DNA of 64,000 nucleotides from the NCBI GenBank assembly GCA_041665025.1, contig JBAYJP010000001.1, positions 211,996 to 275,995 on the forward strand. Reading direction: 5' to 3'. Numbering within the stretch: the first letter of the stretch is position 1; every line of letters begins with the position of its first letter. Shown piece by piece: positions 55,027 to 64,000 of the stretch. The translations under genes were made by a program, and so were the position numbers. The notes below the pieces were generated by a model. That model worked only from the letters and a program-made list of their open reading frames with translations, had not been told where the DNA came from and did no database searches. This stretch comes from Candidatus Magasanikiibacteriota bacterium (GTDB taxonomy: Bacteria; Patescibacteriota; Patescibacteriia; Magasanikbacterales; UBA922).

Positions 55027-56487
55027 CTAGCCCAAAAACCCTCTTGCCTCTGCCGCATGCACTACATGAGACGATAAATCTTCAATCTTCCCACTAAAAA
55101 TAGATTGTGAAATGTATGAGCTAATTTCTTTGTGAACAAAATTATTACGAGTAGCGACTGCATAAAATTTGGTAGCATCTCTCACATCGCGAGGCATATA
55201 TGAAGAATCAAAATCTGCAAACGCACAAGCACTTTGCAAATCGTATTCAATATTTCCGTAAAATGATTTTATAAAAGAAAAATCTTGCTGAGTCAAAGAG
55301 TTGAATGCTAATAATTCTGGTGGGATACCCAAGGAATATAATGCGGCAGTAAATGTGATAGCGCGAGGCAATTGCACTTCTCCGACATTACGCGAATAAC
55401 CAAACAATCCAATATGCATTTTTCTTTTTCTGCGTTTAGGAATAAAAGAAGAAACTTTTTTTATGGCGATAATCAATTCTTTCAATTGCTCTTGATAAAC
55501 TTTTAAATATATCTCAACCAGGGCAAGCGCTTTTTCTTCATCAATTTCAACAGGAGCCCCGGTCTGGCGGGTGTTAAGTTTTGTAATTGCATCTTGAACT
55601 ACGTTCACGGGATTATCAAATTTAAATGAAGACTGAATAGTAAATGTGTGGACACTTGGATATCCTGCTATAAGCTGTTCAACAGTAGAAGGTCGTAAAT
55701 TTCCACGAAATGGTGCTGATCCAGCGCCGAGAATGGGATATACAGGGATACCTGTTTTCTGTGACCAGCGATACAATCGTTGTAATGCAATTTTAACTAA
55801 TATAACTGTAGCAATATTGCCATAATTAACCGCAGGGTCAGAACGGGCGAGAAATACACGTACATACGGAAGATCCTTACCCTTTACATATTCATCAAGA
55901 ATTTCTGCGCAATTCAGTAAACTATTTTTATCTTCAAACAAAGGAATAACATTAATTTCTTTTGGTCTAAATTCCCCAATCCACTCTCCTATGGTAATAT
56001 CACCACTAAAAATCAACTTATCAAATTTTCCCGCGACAAAATCTTTGTAATAATGATAAATTCTATTTAAACTCTTTGCCGAAGTCGCCATGGGCAAAAT
56101 GACTTCAAAAATCGGCGCGATATCACTGCCATAGAATAACCGTGCGGCATCGTATGAGCGCGGGATGCTTTCTAGTGTTTCGAGTAATATTTTTGCTTCT
56201 GTTTGTTCTACCTCTGGATTGGGCACGCGTAATGTAAGAAACACATCTTGCCCTAATTTTTTCGACTTAAAAAACTGCTCATTTTTCGTAAGCAGTTTCT
56301 TTACCACGAAGTTATCTACTTCTTTCCCCTCAAAATCCCACATCTGTTCATCACAACCCAAATGCGAAAACGCATAAAACGCTTCTTGTACTTCATCCTC
56401 TCCCCCAAGCATTCCATTCTCAACAAAAAATGGCTGATGCACATTATCAGGATGCTGGGTGGACATGGTGTGGGGGATGTGGTGCAT
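55027..56487 (-). CDS. ppcA: archaeal-type phosphoenolpyruvate carboxylase
   Basis: N-terminal signature MSTQHPDN; length about 486 aa, typical of PepcA. Confidence 0.75.
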   Translation of the reverse strand: MHHIPHTMSTQHPDNVHQPFFVENGMLGGEDEVQEAFYAFSHLGCDEQMWDFEGKEVDNFVVKKLLTKNEQFFKSKKLGQDVFLTLRVPNPEVEQTEAKILLETLESIPRSYDAARLFYGSDIAPIFEVILPMATSAKSLNRIYHYYKDFVAGKFDKLIFSGDITIGEWIGEFRPKEINVIPLFEDKNSLLNCAEILDEYVKGKDLPYVRVFLARSDPAVNYGNIATVILVKIALQRLYRWSQKTGIPVYPILGAGSAPFRGNLRPSTVEQLIAGYPSVHTFTIQSSFKFDNPVNVVQDAITKLNTRQTGAPVEIDEEKALALVEIYLKVYQEQLKELIIAIKKVSSFIPKRRKRKMHIGLFGYSRNVGEVQLPRAITFTAALYSLGIPPELLAFNSLTQQDFSFIKSFYGNIEYDLQSACAFADFDSSYMPRDVRDATKFYAVATRNNFVHKEISSYISQSIFSGKIEDLSSHVVHAAEARGFLG

Positions 56488-56498
56488 ACCGTTGTTCG

Positions 56499-58973
56499 TT
56501 ATTTTCTCATCTCTGCTCCAAACTTATCACCCAACATCTTCACCACTTTCCCATGCACTTTATCCACTTCCGCAGTTTCCAACGTCTTTTCTGAAGATAC
56601 ATACGTAATATGATACGCCATGCTCTTCTTACTTTCTCCAAGGCTCTCTCCTTCAAATATGTCAAACAATTCTATCTCGTTGATAAGTGTATCGACATTC
56701 TTTATTTCCTTGACAACGTCTCTATGCTGCACATTATGATCAACGACAAATGCAATATCACGCGTAACCGAAGGGTACTCACTTAATCGATGATAATTGC
56801 TCTTAAATAAAAGCAATGATACGAGTGTATTCAAATCAATTTCTGCCAAAGCAACGCGAGATAAAATACCAAAGCGCTCTTGTTTTTCAGGATGAAGTTC
56901 TGCAATGTATCCGATTCGAACGTCACCAACCTGTATATGAGCAGAGCGACTTCCATGAAACCACGACGCTGTATGTTCACGTGCTGACTGCAGAGTACAC
57001 TCAATTCCTAATCTGTGTAATGTGTTCACCACAACATGTGAAAGCACAAAAAATGGTTTCTCATCGCCTTTACCTGCATATGCAAGGCCCCACATAGTAT
57101 CTTGTTTTGGCAGTAAATGATCACTTCCTTTTTTCTCCCTCTCTCCTGCTTCTTCTTTCCAAAATACTTTACCGATTTCAAATAATCGTACTTCATCAAA
57201 TGAGTGAAGATTTTTTTCAATATTTTCTAACAAATTTGGAACGAGGCTTCTGCGCAGATACGGACGGTCTTTTGCAATTGGATTATCGAGCTCAACGTGA
57301 TCTTCTATATTCAAATCTAATTGCTCCACGAGGTGAGGAGAAACAAACGAATAATTATAACTTTCTGTAAAACGATGCTCAAAACATGCCAATTCTTTTA
57401 TCTTCCGTTCTAATGCACGCAATTGATTTTTTTCTGGCGGAGTAATAGAAAATGTTGGCAACTGTGACTCAATATTTCCAAATCCATATATACGCGCTAC
57501 TTCTTCGACAATATCTTCAGCAATGGAAATATCTTTTGTCGCGCGCCAGGTTGGAATTTTTATTTTCAAGTACGTTTTCTTTTCCTCAACAGTAAATCCA
57601 AGACGTTGTAAAATACCGATGACCTCTTTTCTATCAATTTCTTTACCAATTTTCCGAGTAAGAAAATCAAAATGTAATTCAATCGGACCTTGATACAAAT
57701 GAAAATGTTTTTCATCTACTACGTTACTTGCCACTTTTGCATTGGGGCATATCTCAAGCGTAAGCTCAACAGCACGTCGTAAAGCAATTTCGGCATTATA
57801 CGGGTCAAGGCTTTTTTCAAATCGAGCCGAAGAATCAGTACGCAAACCGAGTTTAAGCGCAGTTCGCCGAACATGTGTTGGTTCAAAATTCGCTGATTCA
57901 AAAATAATGGTTGTCGTATTATCTGAAATCTCACTATTTTCTCCTCCCATTACACCAGCCAATGCCAATGCTTTCCCTTCATCTGCAATCATCACATTTT
58001 CACTCGTCAATTCACGTTCCTGTCCATCCAGAGTTTTAAACTTTTCACCATCTTCAGATTTTCTCACAATAATTTTTATTGTTCCCTGTTCCCTGTCCCC
58101 TGTTCCCTTAAGACGCTTTGCGTCGAAAGAATGCATTGGCTGACCTAAATCATACATGACATAGTTGGTAATATCTACAATATTATTTATCGAACGCATA
58201 CCTACAGACATTAAACTCTTTTGCAGCCAATCTGGTGAAGGACCAACCGTAACCCCATCCACTGCTACAGCCATATATCGTGGACATAATTTTTCATCTT
58301 CAACAGTAACTTTCAATTTTACTTGTTCTTTACTCTTTGCTCCTTGTTCCTTTGTTTTATATTCTTTCAGATCTTTTTTGAACAGCACACCAACCTCTCG
58401 TGCAATACCATAATGTCCCCACAGATCTGGACGATGGGAAAGTGATTTATTATCAATTTCGAGTATGACATCATCTAAACTAAGAACTTTTGATAAAGAT
58501 TGTCCTATTTTTTTCTCACTTTGCGAGCTTAAATCTAAAATTTCTTTTTCATCTTTAGGTGGATACATTTCCCCTAAACCTATTTCTGTTGATGCACAAA
58601 TCATACCAGATGATTCCACATCACGAATTTTGGTTGGCTTGAGTTCAATCAATTCACCTTCCCCATGCCACTTCACTTTGGCGCCAATTTTCGCGAGCGC
58701 CACAAGCATACCTTCACGCACGTTTGAACCTCCACAGACTATTTGAACTTGTTCATTTCCTACATCTACTTTACAGACTTTCAGTCTATCGGCGTTAGGA
58801 TGTTTTTCAGCTAAAACTACTTTTCCCAATACAACATTATCAAGTTGTTTTCCTTGATATTCAACCTTCTCCACCTCAACGGTACTGAGTTTTAACCTGT
58901 CAGCAACTTCTTGTGGTGTAATTGAGTCTGGAAGAATGATATATTGTTTAAGCCAATTATAGGAAATAAGCAT
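56499..58973 (-). CDS. pheT: phenylalanine--tRNA ligase beta subunit
   Basis: tRNA-binding OB domain at the N-terminus (MLISYNWLKQYI...), B3/B4, B5 and FDX-ACB domains; 824 aa. Confidence 0.95.
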   Translation of the reverse strand: MLISYNWLKQYIILPDSITPQEVADRLKLSTVEVEKVEYQGKQLDNVVLGKVVLAEKHPNADRLKVCKVDVGNEQVQIVCGGSNVREGMLVALAKIGAKVKWHGEGELIELKPTKIRDVESSGMICASTEIGLGEMYPPKDEKEILDLSSQSEKKIGQSLSKVLSLDDVILEIDNKSLSHRPDLWGHYGIAREVGVLFKKDLKEYKTKEQGAKSKEQVKLKVTVEDEKLCPRYMAVAVDGVTVGPSPDWLQKSLMSVGMRSINNIVDITNYVMYDLGQPMHSFDAKRLKGTGDREQGTIKIIVRKSEDGEKFKTLDGQERELTSENVMIADEGKALALAGVMGGENSEISDNTTTIIFESANFEPTHVRRTALKLGLRTDSSARFEKSLDPYNAEIALRRAVELTLEICPNAKVASNVVDEKHFHLYQGPIELHFDFLTRKIGKEIDRKEVIGILQRLGFTVEEKKTYLKIKIPTWRATKDISIAEDIVEEVARIYGFGNIESQLPTFSITPPEKNQLRALERKIKELACFEHRFTESYNYSFVSPHLVEQLDLNIEDHVELDNPIAKDRPYLRRSLVPNLLENIEKNLHSFDEVRLFEIGKVFWKEEAGEREKKGSDHLLPKQDTMWGLAYAGKGDEKPFFVLSHVVVNTLHRLGIECTLQSAREHTASWFHGSRSAHIQVGDVRIGYIAELHPEKQERFGILSRVALAEIDLNTLVSLLLFKSNYHRLSEYPSVTRDIAFVVDHNVQHRDVVKEIKNVDTLINEIELFDIFEGESLGESKKSMAYHITYVSSEKTLETAEVDKVHGKVVKMLGDKFGAEMRK

Positions 58974-59022
58974 AGTAATATATTAATCAAAGAAATCCAT
59001 TTAAACCTGTTTACACCAATGC

Positions 59023-60081
59023 TTAAAATTGTTCAAGAAAATGTAGATCCCCACTCTTCATCACACGTATCTCATCAATCCCATATTTGAGCATTACTAA
59101 TCGGTCAAGACCAAATCCAAACGCAAATCCTTGATATTCTTGTGGGTCAAGTCCACACTCTTTGATAACATTGGGGTGTGTCATGCCAGCGCCAAAAATT
59201 TCAAGCCAGCCAGTCTGTTTGCATACACGGCATCCCGCTCCCTTACACAGCGTACAGGTAACTTCACCATTCACACCCGGCTCCACAAATGGATAATACT
59301 TTGGGCGCAAACGCAATTGTGTTTCTGGACCGTACAAATGTTTTGCAACTGTTTCCAAAACTCCTTTCAAGTGGGCGAAGTTAATATCCGTGTCTATTAC
59401 CATTCCTTCCACCTGATACAATGTATGTTCGTGGCGTGCGTCAGTCGCTTCATTGCGAAAACAACGGCCAGGGACGATCATGCGTAATGGCGCGCCATAC
59501 TTTTGCAAAGCGCGAACTTGCATAGGTGAGGTTTGTGTGCGCATGACCCATGGAGATGTTCCATTTGGGACATCGTTTTGATTATGTCCTTTAATATAAA
59601 ATGTATCCTGAGAATCGCGCGCGGGATGCGTGGCAGGAATATTCACTGCTTCAAAATTATAGTAATCGCTCTCGAGCTCTGGCCCGTCGAGTACCATAAA
59701 CCCCATGGATGTAAACAAATCTTCCAAATCATTTTGAACAAGCGTGATTGGATGCAGATGACCTTTGGGTTGTGGAGGAAGTTTGGGCTGCGTAACATCA
59801 ATCTTTTCTTTTTCTAACGCACCGCCCCACTCTTGTTTTTTCAGATCTTGTTTTTTCTCTGCATACACCTCTTCAAGTTCCATTTTTACTTCATTGGCAA
59901 GTTTTCCAAATTCTTTTCGCGCGTCGCCAGTCAAATCTTTTAAATTTTTCATGATTTCATTCATTTCTCCTGACCGACGCGAAAAAAATCTTTGATACAA
60001 ATCATCCAGTTTCAAAGTGTCGTTGACTTCGGACAAAGCCTTTTTAAAATCTTTTTGAAGTTTCTCAAGTTGAGGTTTCAT
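59023..60081 (-). CDS. pheS: phenylalanine--tRNA ligase alpha subunit
   Basis: Class II motifs (FRNEATDARHEHTLYQVEG, GFAFGFGLDRLVML). Confidence 0.95.
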   Translation of the reverse strand: MKPQLEKLQKDFKKALSEVNDTLKLDDLYQRFFSRRSGEMNEIMKNLKDLTGDARKEFGKLANEVKMELEEVYAEKKQDLKKQEWGGALEKEKIDVTQPKLPPQPKGHLHPITLVQNDLEDLFTSMGFMVLDGPELESDYYNFEAVNIPATHPARDSQDTFYIKGHNQNDVPNGTSPWVMRTQTSPMQVRALQKYGAPLRMIVPGRCFRNEATDARHEHTLYQVEGMVIDTDINFAHLKGVLETVAKHLYGPETQLRLRPKYYPFVEPGVNGEVTCTLCKGAGCRVCKQTGWLEIFGAGMTHPNVIKECGLDPQEYQGFAFGFGLDRLVMLKYGIDEIRVMKSGDLHFLEQF

Positions 60082-60086
60082 AAGAA

Positions 60087-60395
60087 TTATACTAAACCTT
60101 CTGATTGTAATTTTTGAATTAACTTTTCTTCAGTTTCTCTTGCGACTCTCTCTACGATGTTATCGGTCTTAGGATAGCCTAGATATCTCTCTTTATATCT
60201 TCTGCCCGCTTCGCGTACCTTTTCTTGGTTGGACATCCCTTGTAAATTTTGATCTTCAAAAACTTTTTTCAGGATATTCCACATATAATCCTGCCACAAA
60301 TCATAGTCATCTTTGCGTAAAAACATTTGAAAATAATATTTTTCTAGTTCTGCAACCGTAAGCGACCTATGTTGTTCATGGTGAGTGTCAGACAT
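60087..60395 (-). CDS. hypothetical protein
   Basis: 102 aa with no recognised motif; co-directional with pheST. Confidence 0.35.
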   Translation of the reverse strand: MSDTHHEQHRSLTVAELEKYYFQMFLRKDDYDLWQDYMWNILKKVFEDQNLQGMSNQEKVREAGRRYKERYLGYPKTDNIVERVARETEEKLIQKLQSEGLV

Positions 60396-60465
60396 ATATT
60401 ATTTATTTCCACCACGCGGCTCCCGCGGTCTAAATGGTATCACTTTTCCATCCGTCGCTCCATCT

Positions 60466-60810
60466 CTATGTTCTCCTCTTCTCTGCTGTCTCTCTAGCAA
60501 CTAACAGCTCATCCACGATGCCTCTTATAGCTCTAAAAGCTGTCTCAGGGATATCTACATCTCTACCAAATTCTTTGCCTAAATTGTTAACTATTTGTTC
60601 ACGTCCAAGCCCTTCTCGAATTCCTGATACAACTGCTCGCGCTATCTCCCCCAATGTGTCTTCCATCGCCTGCGTAAGTTCTCCACGCGAAACTGGTTTT
60701 TTACCGCGAATAGGTGCAAATGTGATTCCTCTGAGTAAACACTGTGTTTGCAAACCATCACGTATATATATTTCGAGAATATCTGGCGGGTTATTTTGTC
60801 CTTCTGTCAT
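60466..60810 (-). CDS. hypothetical protein
   Basis: 114 aa; no recognised motif. Confidence 0.3.
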   Translation of the reverse strand: MTEGQNNPPDILEIYIRDGLQTQCLLRGITFAPIRGKKPVSRGELTQAMEDTLGEIARAVVSGIREGLGREQIVNNLGKEFGRDVDIPETAFRAIRGIVDELLVARETAEKRRT

Positions 60811-60840
60811 ATTGAGTAACTAATTATGTTAAATCAGATG

Positions 60841-62031
60841 TTAAAACAACCGTGCTACGTCTCTCCACGTCACCACAACCACAAGTAGCATAAGCAGGAC
60901 AAAGCCAAGCGTATGCGCCAGTTGTTCATATTTCATAGGTACAGGCCGACGAATTACCTTGGCAATCAAGATAAATAGTATGCGTCCGCCATCAAGAGCT
61001 GGAATAGGCAAAATATTTATAGCCGCCAAACTAAGAGAAATCATGGCAGTTACATTTAATAAATAGTTGAAACCAAGTTTTGCGCTTTGGCCCACAACCG
61101 TCGCAATACCCACCGGACCTGATACATCAAACAACAGCCCTTGTCCCATTACTAAATTTTTTATTAATAAGTAAAACGCAATGAAAATATTCAAAAGTCC
61201 AAATACTGATGCGACTAATCCTTTGTATAACGCAAGATACCATGGATAACGAATGATACCCGCGTCTGCAGGCATAATACCGATTACTGCCCTATTAAGT
61301 TCAGAAGAAAATTCAGGAATTATAGAGACAACTTTTTCCTCATTACTTCGATCAATGGTAAACAAGAGTGTTTCACCAGATTTGGTTGAAACATAATCAA
61401 TAAGTTCTTGTGTGGTCTCAATTGGCTCTTCATTAATTTTCAAGACTTTATCGCCAAACTGCAATCCTGCTTTTTCTGCAGGCATTCCTTTTTCCGCTTG
61501 TTGAATTATTACTTGTGGCTGTTCAACTATAATTGCCTTTCTATCGACCCCTTGGGAAAAATCTGTGGGGAGTCCAATCATAAAACCAAGCCCAAGCACG
61601 AGAACGGCGAGAAAAAAATTCATTACCACACCCGCACACAAAACAATAATTTTTTTCCATGCTTTTTGATACCCAAAACTATCTTTTTCTTCCACGCCCT
61701 CCCCATTTTCTCCCTTAATCTTACAAAATCCTCCAATAGGAAGCCAATTCAAAGAATATAATGTTGCAGAAAATTCTTCTTCACGTTCTCCCCCTCCTAC
61801 GGTATTTATCAAATCTGCCGCGTGGTCGCCTTTAGGCGACTTTACGCGGCCAAAAACCCATTTAAATTTCTTTGTCTGAGGGTCACGATACACACCAACA
61901 GCCCGCGGAGGATATCCAAAGCCAAATTCAAATACTTTCATGCCACTTTTACGCGCCGTAATAAAATGTCCAAATTCATGAACCAGAACAAGAATGCCTA
62001 AAATGAGAATAAAAATTAGTATAGTCACCAT
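60841..62031 (-). CDS. rseP: site-2 protease (RIP zinc metalloprotease) RseP-like
   Basis: HEFGHFITARKSGM (HExxH), a PDZ domain, and a C-terminal LDGGRIL motif. Start moved to MVTILIF at 62031. Confidence 0.8.
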   Translation of the reverse strand: MVTILIFILILGILVLVHEFGHFITARKSGMKVFEFGFGYPPRAVGVYRDPQTKKFKWVFGRVKSPKGDHAADLINTVGGGEREEEFSATLYSLNWLPIGGFCKIKGENGEGVEEKDSFGYQKAWKKIIVLCAGVVMNFFLAVLVLGLGFMIGLPTDFSQGVDRKAIIVEQPQVIIQQAEKGMPAEKAGLQFGDKVLKINEEPIETTQELIDYVSTKSGETLLFTIDRSNEEKVVSIIPEFSSELNRAVIGIMPADAGIIRYPWYLALYKGLVASVFGLLNIFIAFYLLIKNLVMGQGLLFDVSGPVGIATVVGQSAKLGFNYLLNVTAMISLSLAAINILPIPALDGGRILFILIAKVIRRPVPMKYEQLAHTLGFVLLMLLVVVVTWRDVARLF

Positions 62032-62174
62032 AAAAATCAATTTGACGTAGTAGTGAATAAACAGTATAATGATTAGTATTATTATCCCATAGGTTACACA
62101 AATTAGCAAGCGTAATAACTCAACGCTTTGTACTCTAAGGGACATATATTTAATTCATTTTAACTCACAAACCT

Positions 62175-62738
62175 ATGCTCGCACTCTATATTGTGCTCGC
62201 AGTCGCCGTAGTCTTCGTTCTATGGATTATTGGCGTTTACAATGGGCTTATCAGACTTCGTAATCGCACCAAAGAAGCATGGAGCGATATTGACGTGCAA
62301 CTAAAACGACGCCATGACCTTATCCCAAACTTAGTAAACAGTGTAAAAGGATACATGACGCATGAACGAGAACTTTTGGAAAATATTACCAAAGCGCGTT
62401 CACAGGCCATGTCTGCACAAGAATCAGGCAATACACAAGATCTTGCCAAAGCCGAAGGGCTACTTGGTGGGATGCTTGGCAAATTGCAAATTGCAGTAGA
62501 AGCATATCCTGATTTGAAAGCAAACCAAAATGTTGGACAACTCATGGACGAACTCTCTGATACAGAGAATAAAATCCAGGCTTCACGCCGATTCTACAAT
62601 GGCAATGTCCGCGACTTCAACACAAAAATGGAAGTATTCCCAACCAATATGATTGCAGGAATGCTCAAATTCACTAAGTTTGAATTCTTTGAGATTGAAG
62701 ATGCGAAAGAAAGAGATAATGTTGAGGTAAAGTTGTAA
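62175..62738 (+). CDS. lemA: LemA family protein
   Basis: N-terminal TM plus the conserved LemA core (NGLIRLRNRTKEAWSDIDVQLKRRHDLIPNLV). Confidence 0.8.
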   Translation: MLALYIVLAVAVVFVLWIIGVYNGLIRLRNRTKEAWSDIDVQLKRRHDLIPNLVNSVKGYMTHERELLENITKARSQAMSAQESGNTQDLAKAEGLLGGMLGKLQIAVEAYPDLKANQNVGQLMDELSDTENKIQASRRFYNGNVRDFNTKMEVFPTNMIAGMLKFTKFEFFEIEDAKERDNVEVKL

Positions 62739-62846
62739 CTCAAAAATCAAAACGCAAAGCTCAAAATTGCAACTCAAAAAATCGAAAATTTGTTGGTTTT
62801 GAGCTTTAACTTTGACTTTTGAAATTTGAGTTTTGAATTTTTCAAT

Positions 62847-63725
62847 ATGTACTCTCAAATCGACTCAAACAAACGAAAAACAACTATCCTCATTCTCATC
62901 TTCACTATTTTTATCATTGCGATAGGCTGGTTTTTGGATGTATATATGGGATATGGATATGGCATAGTCGTGCTGGCAGTTATTATTTCAGTGGTCATGA
63001 CACTAGTGAGTTATTACAAAGGTGATGCTATTGCGCTTGCATCAACTGGCGCGCGCCAAATCGCAAAAGAAGATAATGCCTATGTGTATCGCATAGTAGA
63101 AAATATGGCAATTACGGCTGGTATTCCCACACCCAAATTATATGTCATCAATTCCCCTGCTCTCAATGCATTTGCTACAGGTCGTGATCCAGAACATGCA
63201 TCAATCGCAGTTACGACAGGTATTGTTGCTGCGCTTGAAAATGAAGAACTCGAGGCAGTCATCGCACATGAAATGTCACATATAAAAAACTTTGATATCC
63301 GCGTTATGACCATAGTGGTCGTACTTGTCGGCGCTATTTCGCTTATTAGCAATTTATTTTTTCGTACTCGCTTGCATGGAGGCGACAACAGGAAAAGCTC
63401 TGGAAACCTAGGATCAATTATTATGATTGCAGGAATTGTTTTTCTTATTCTATCACCTATTATCGCCGAGCTTATCAAGCTTGCTATATCACGCAAACGC
63501 GAGTATTTGGCCGACGCATCGGGAGCCTTGCTTACGCGCTATCCCGAAGGACTTGCCCGTGCACTTGAAAAAATATCGCAATCAACCGCGCCCGTAGAGG
63601 GAGCCAGCGCCGCAACTGCACATCTGTTTATTTCAAATCCATTTAAAGGAAAAACTTTTTCCTCTCTGTTTTCTACTCACCCTCCGATTGATGACCGGAT
63701 TAAAAAGTTGAGAGAAATGACGTAA
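62847..63725 (+). CDS. htpX: M48 zinc protease HtpX
   Basis: HEMSHIKNFD (HExxH) and multiple TM helices. Confidence 0.8.
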   Translation: MYSQIDSNKRKTTILILIFTIFIIAIGWFLDVYMGYGYGIVVLAVIISVVMTLVSYYKGDAIALASTGARQIAKEDNAYVYRIVENMAITAGIPTPKLYVINSPALNAFATGRDPEHASIAVTTGIVAALENEELEAVIAHEMSHIKNFDIRVMTIVVVLVGAISLISNLFFRTRLHGGDNRKSSGNLGSIIMIAGIVFLILSPIIAELIKLAISRKREYLADASGALLTRYPEGLARALEKISQSTAPVEGASAATAHLFISNPFKGKTFSSLFSTHPPIDDRIKKLREMT

Positions 63726-63766
63726 GCTTACAGACAATACCTATAGGCTCTATTTTAAAATAAAAT

Positions 63767-64000
63767 ATGAATAGACCAAAATTGAATATGGTATTCTTTG
63801 CACTTTTGACACTCGTTCTCTTCGGTGCAGGGTGCAATACAATAGATACCTCAGTAACATCTAATTCAAACACGGACGAACGACAAACAACTCAATTGAA
63901 AACAGGCAATAAAGTATGTGACGAAGATTATTTTATTAATTCATTAAACGCATTCAACACAACACTATTCGACATAGAACCCCTTAGCACGATCGGTGAA
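63767..64000 (+). CDS. hypothetical lipoprotein (5' partial, runs off the window)
   Basis: MNRPKLNMVFFALLTLVLFGAGC lipobox. Confidence 0.4.
   Translation, partial: MNRPKLNMVFFALLTLVLFGAGCNTIDTSVTSNSNTDERQTTQLKTGNKVCDEDYFINSLNAFNTTLFDIEPLSTIGE

Noticed and set aside
27810-55030. Possible CRISPR arrays, given the abundant short tandem repeats
   Set aside because: The repeats are 7-15 nt, contiguous with no unique spacers, and often lie inside CDS. No cas genes are present, so this is not CRISPR.

Overview
This window is AT-rich, gene-dense bacterial DNA, and roughly the first 37 kb is transcribed almost entirely from the minus strand. The gene content fits a reduced-genome, Candidate-Phyla-Radiation / Patescibacteria-like organism, although that assignment is my inference. 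The supporting hallmarks are tRNAs lacking an encoded CCA, an archaeal-type PEP carboxylase, an archaeal-type NMN adenylyltransferase fused to NadA, many membrane and cell-envelope proteins, and minimal metabolism.

Genes I can call with confidence: metK, gpsA, uppP, tpiA, glyQS, dtd, frr, holB, mreB, rplL, rplJ, a nadE / nadM-nadA / nadC / nadB cluster, tsaD, prs, dnaE, pheS, pheT, rseP, lemA and htpX. I also found six tRNAs, four of them in a Thr-Tyr-Val-Thr cluster next to an unlisted rpmG (L33) gene, plus several intrinsic terminators.

The observations I rate most interesting are:
1. A fused ATP-grasp peptide ligase and MATCAP/DUF1704-like zincin polypeptide, sitting next to a 7TM membrane protein with a PKD domain, inside an envelope-glycan gene block.
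2. A four-helix-bundle gene of the 23S-rRNA intervening-sequence family, flanked by a perfect 35-bp inverted repeat and inserted exactly between gpsA and uppP.
3. Three short high-GC islands carrying small ORFs with high-GC codon usage in an otherwise AT-rich genome; two of them share a homologous start segment, and one interrupts the nad operon.
4. A 21-bp duplication of the tRNA-Glu 3' end that brackets a GC-rich segment, resembling attL/attR.
5. Tandem heptamer repeats inside the coding sequences of nadE, nadC, tsaD and a GT4 gene; the nadC and tsaD copies both encode ISNFKF. Related palindromic tandem-word repeats fill many intergenic spacers.
6. A glycine T-box leader upstream of glyQS, and two GC-rich structured leaders of unknown class upstream of metK and of a DMT transporter.

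I saw no CRISPR array and no rRNA.
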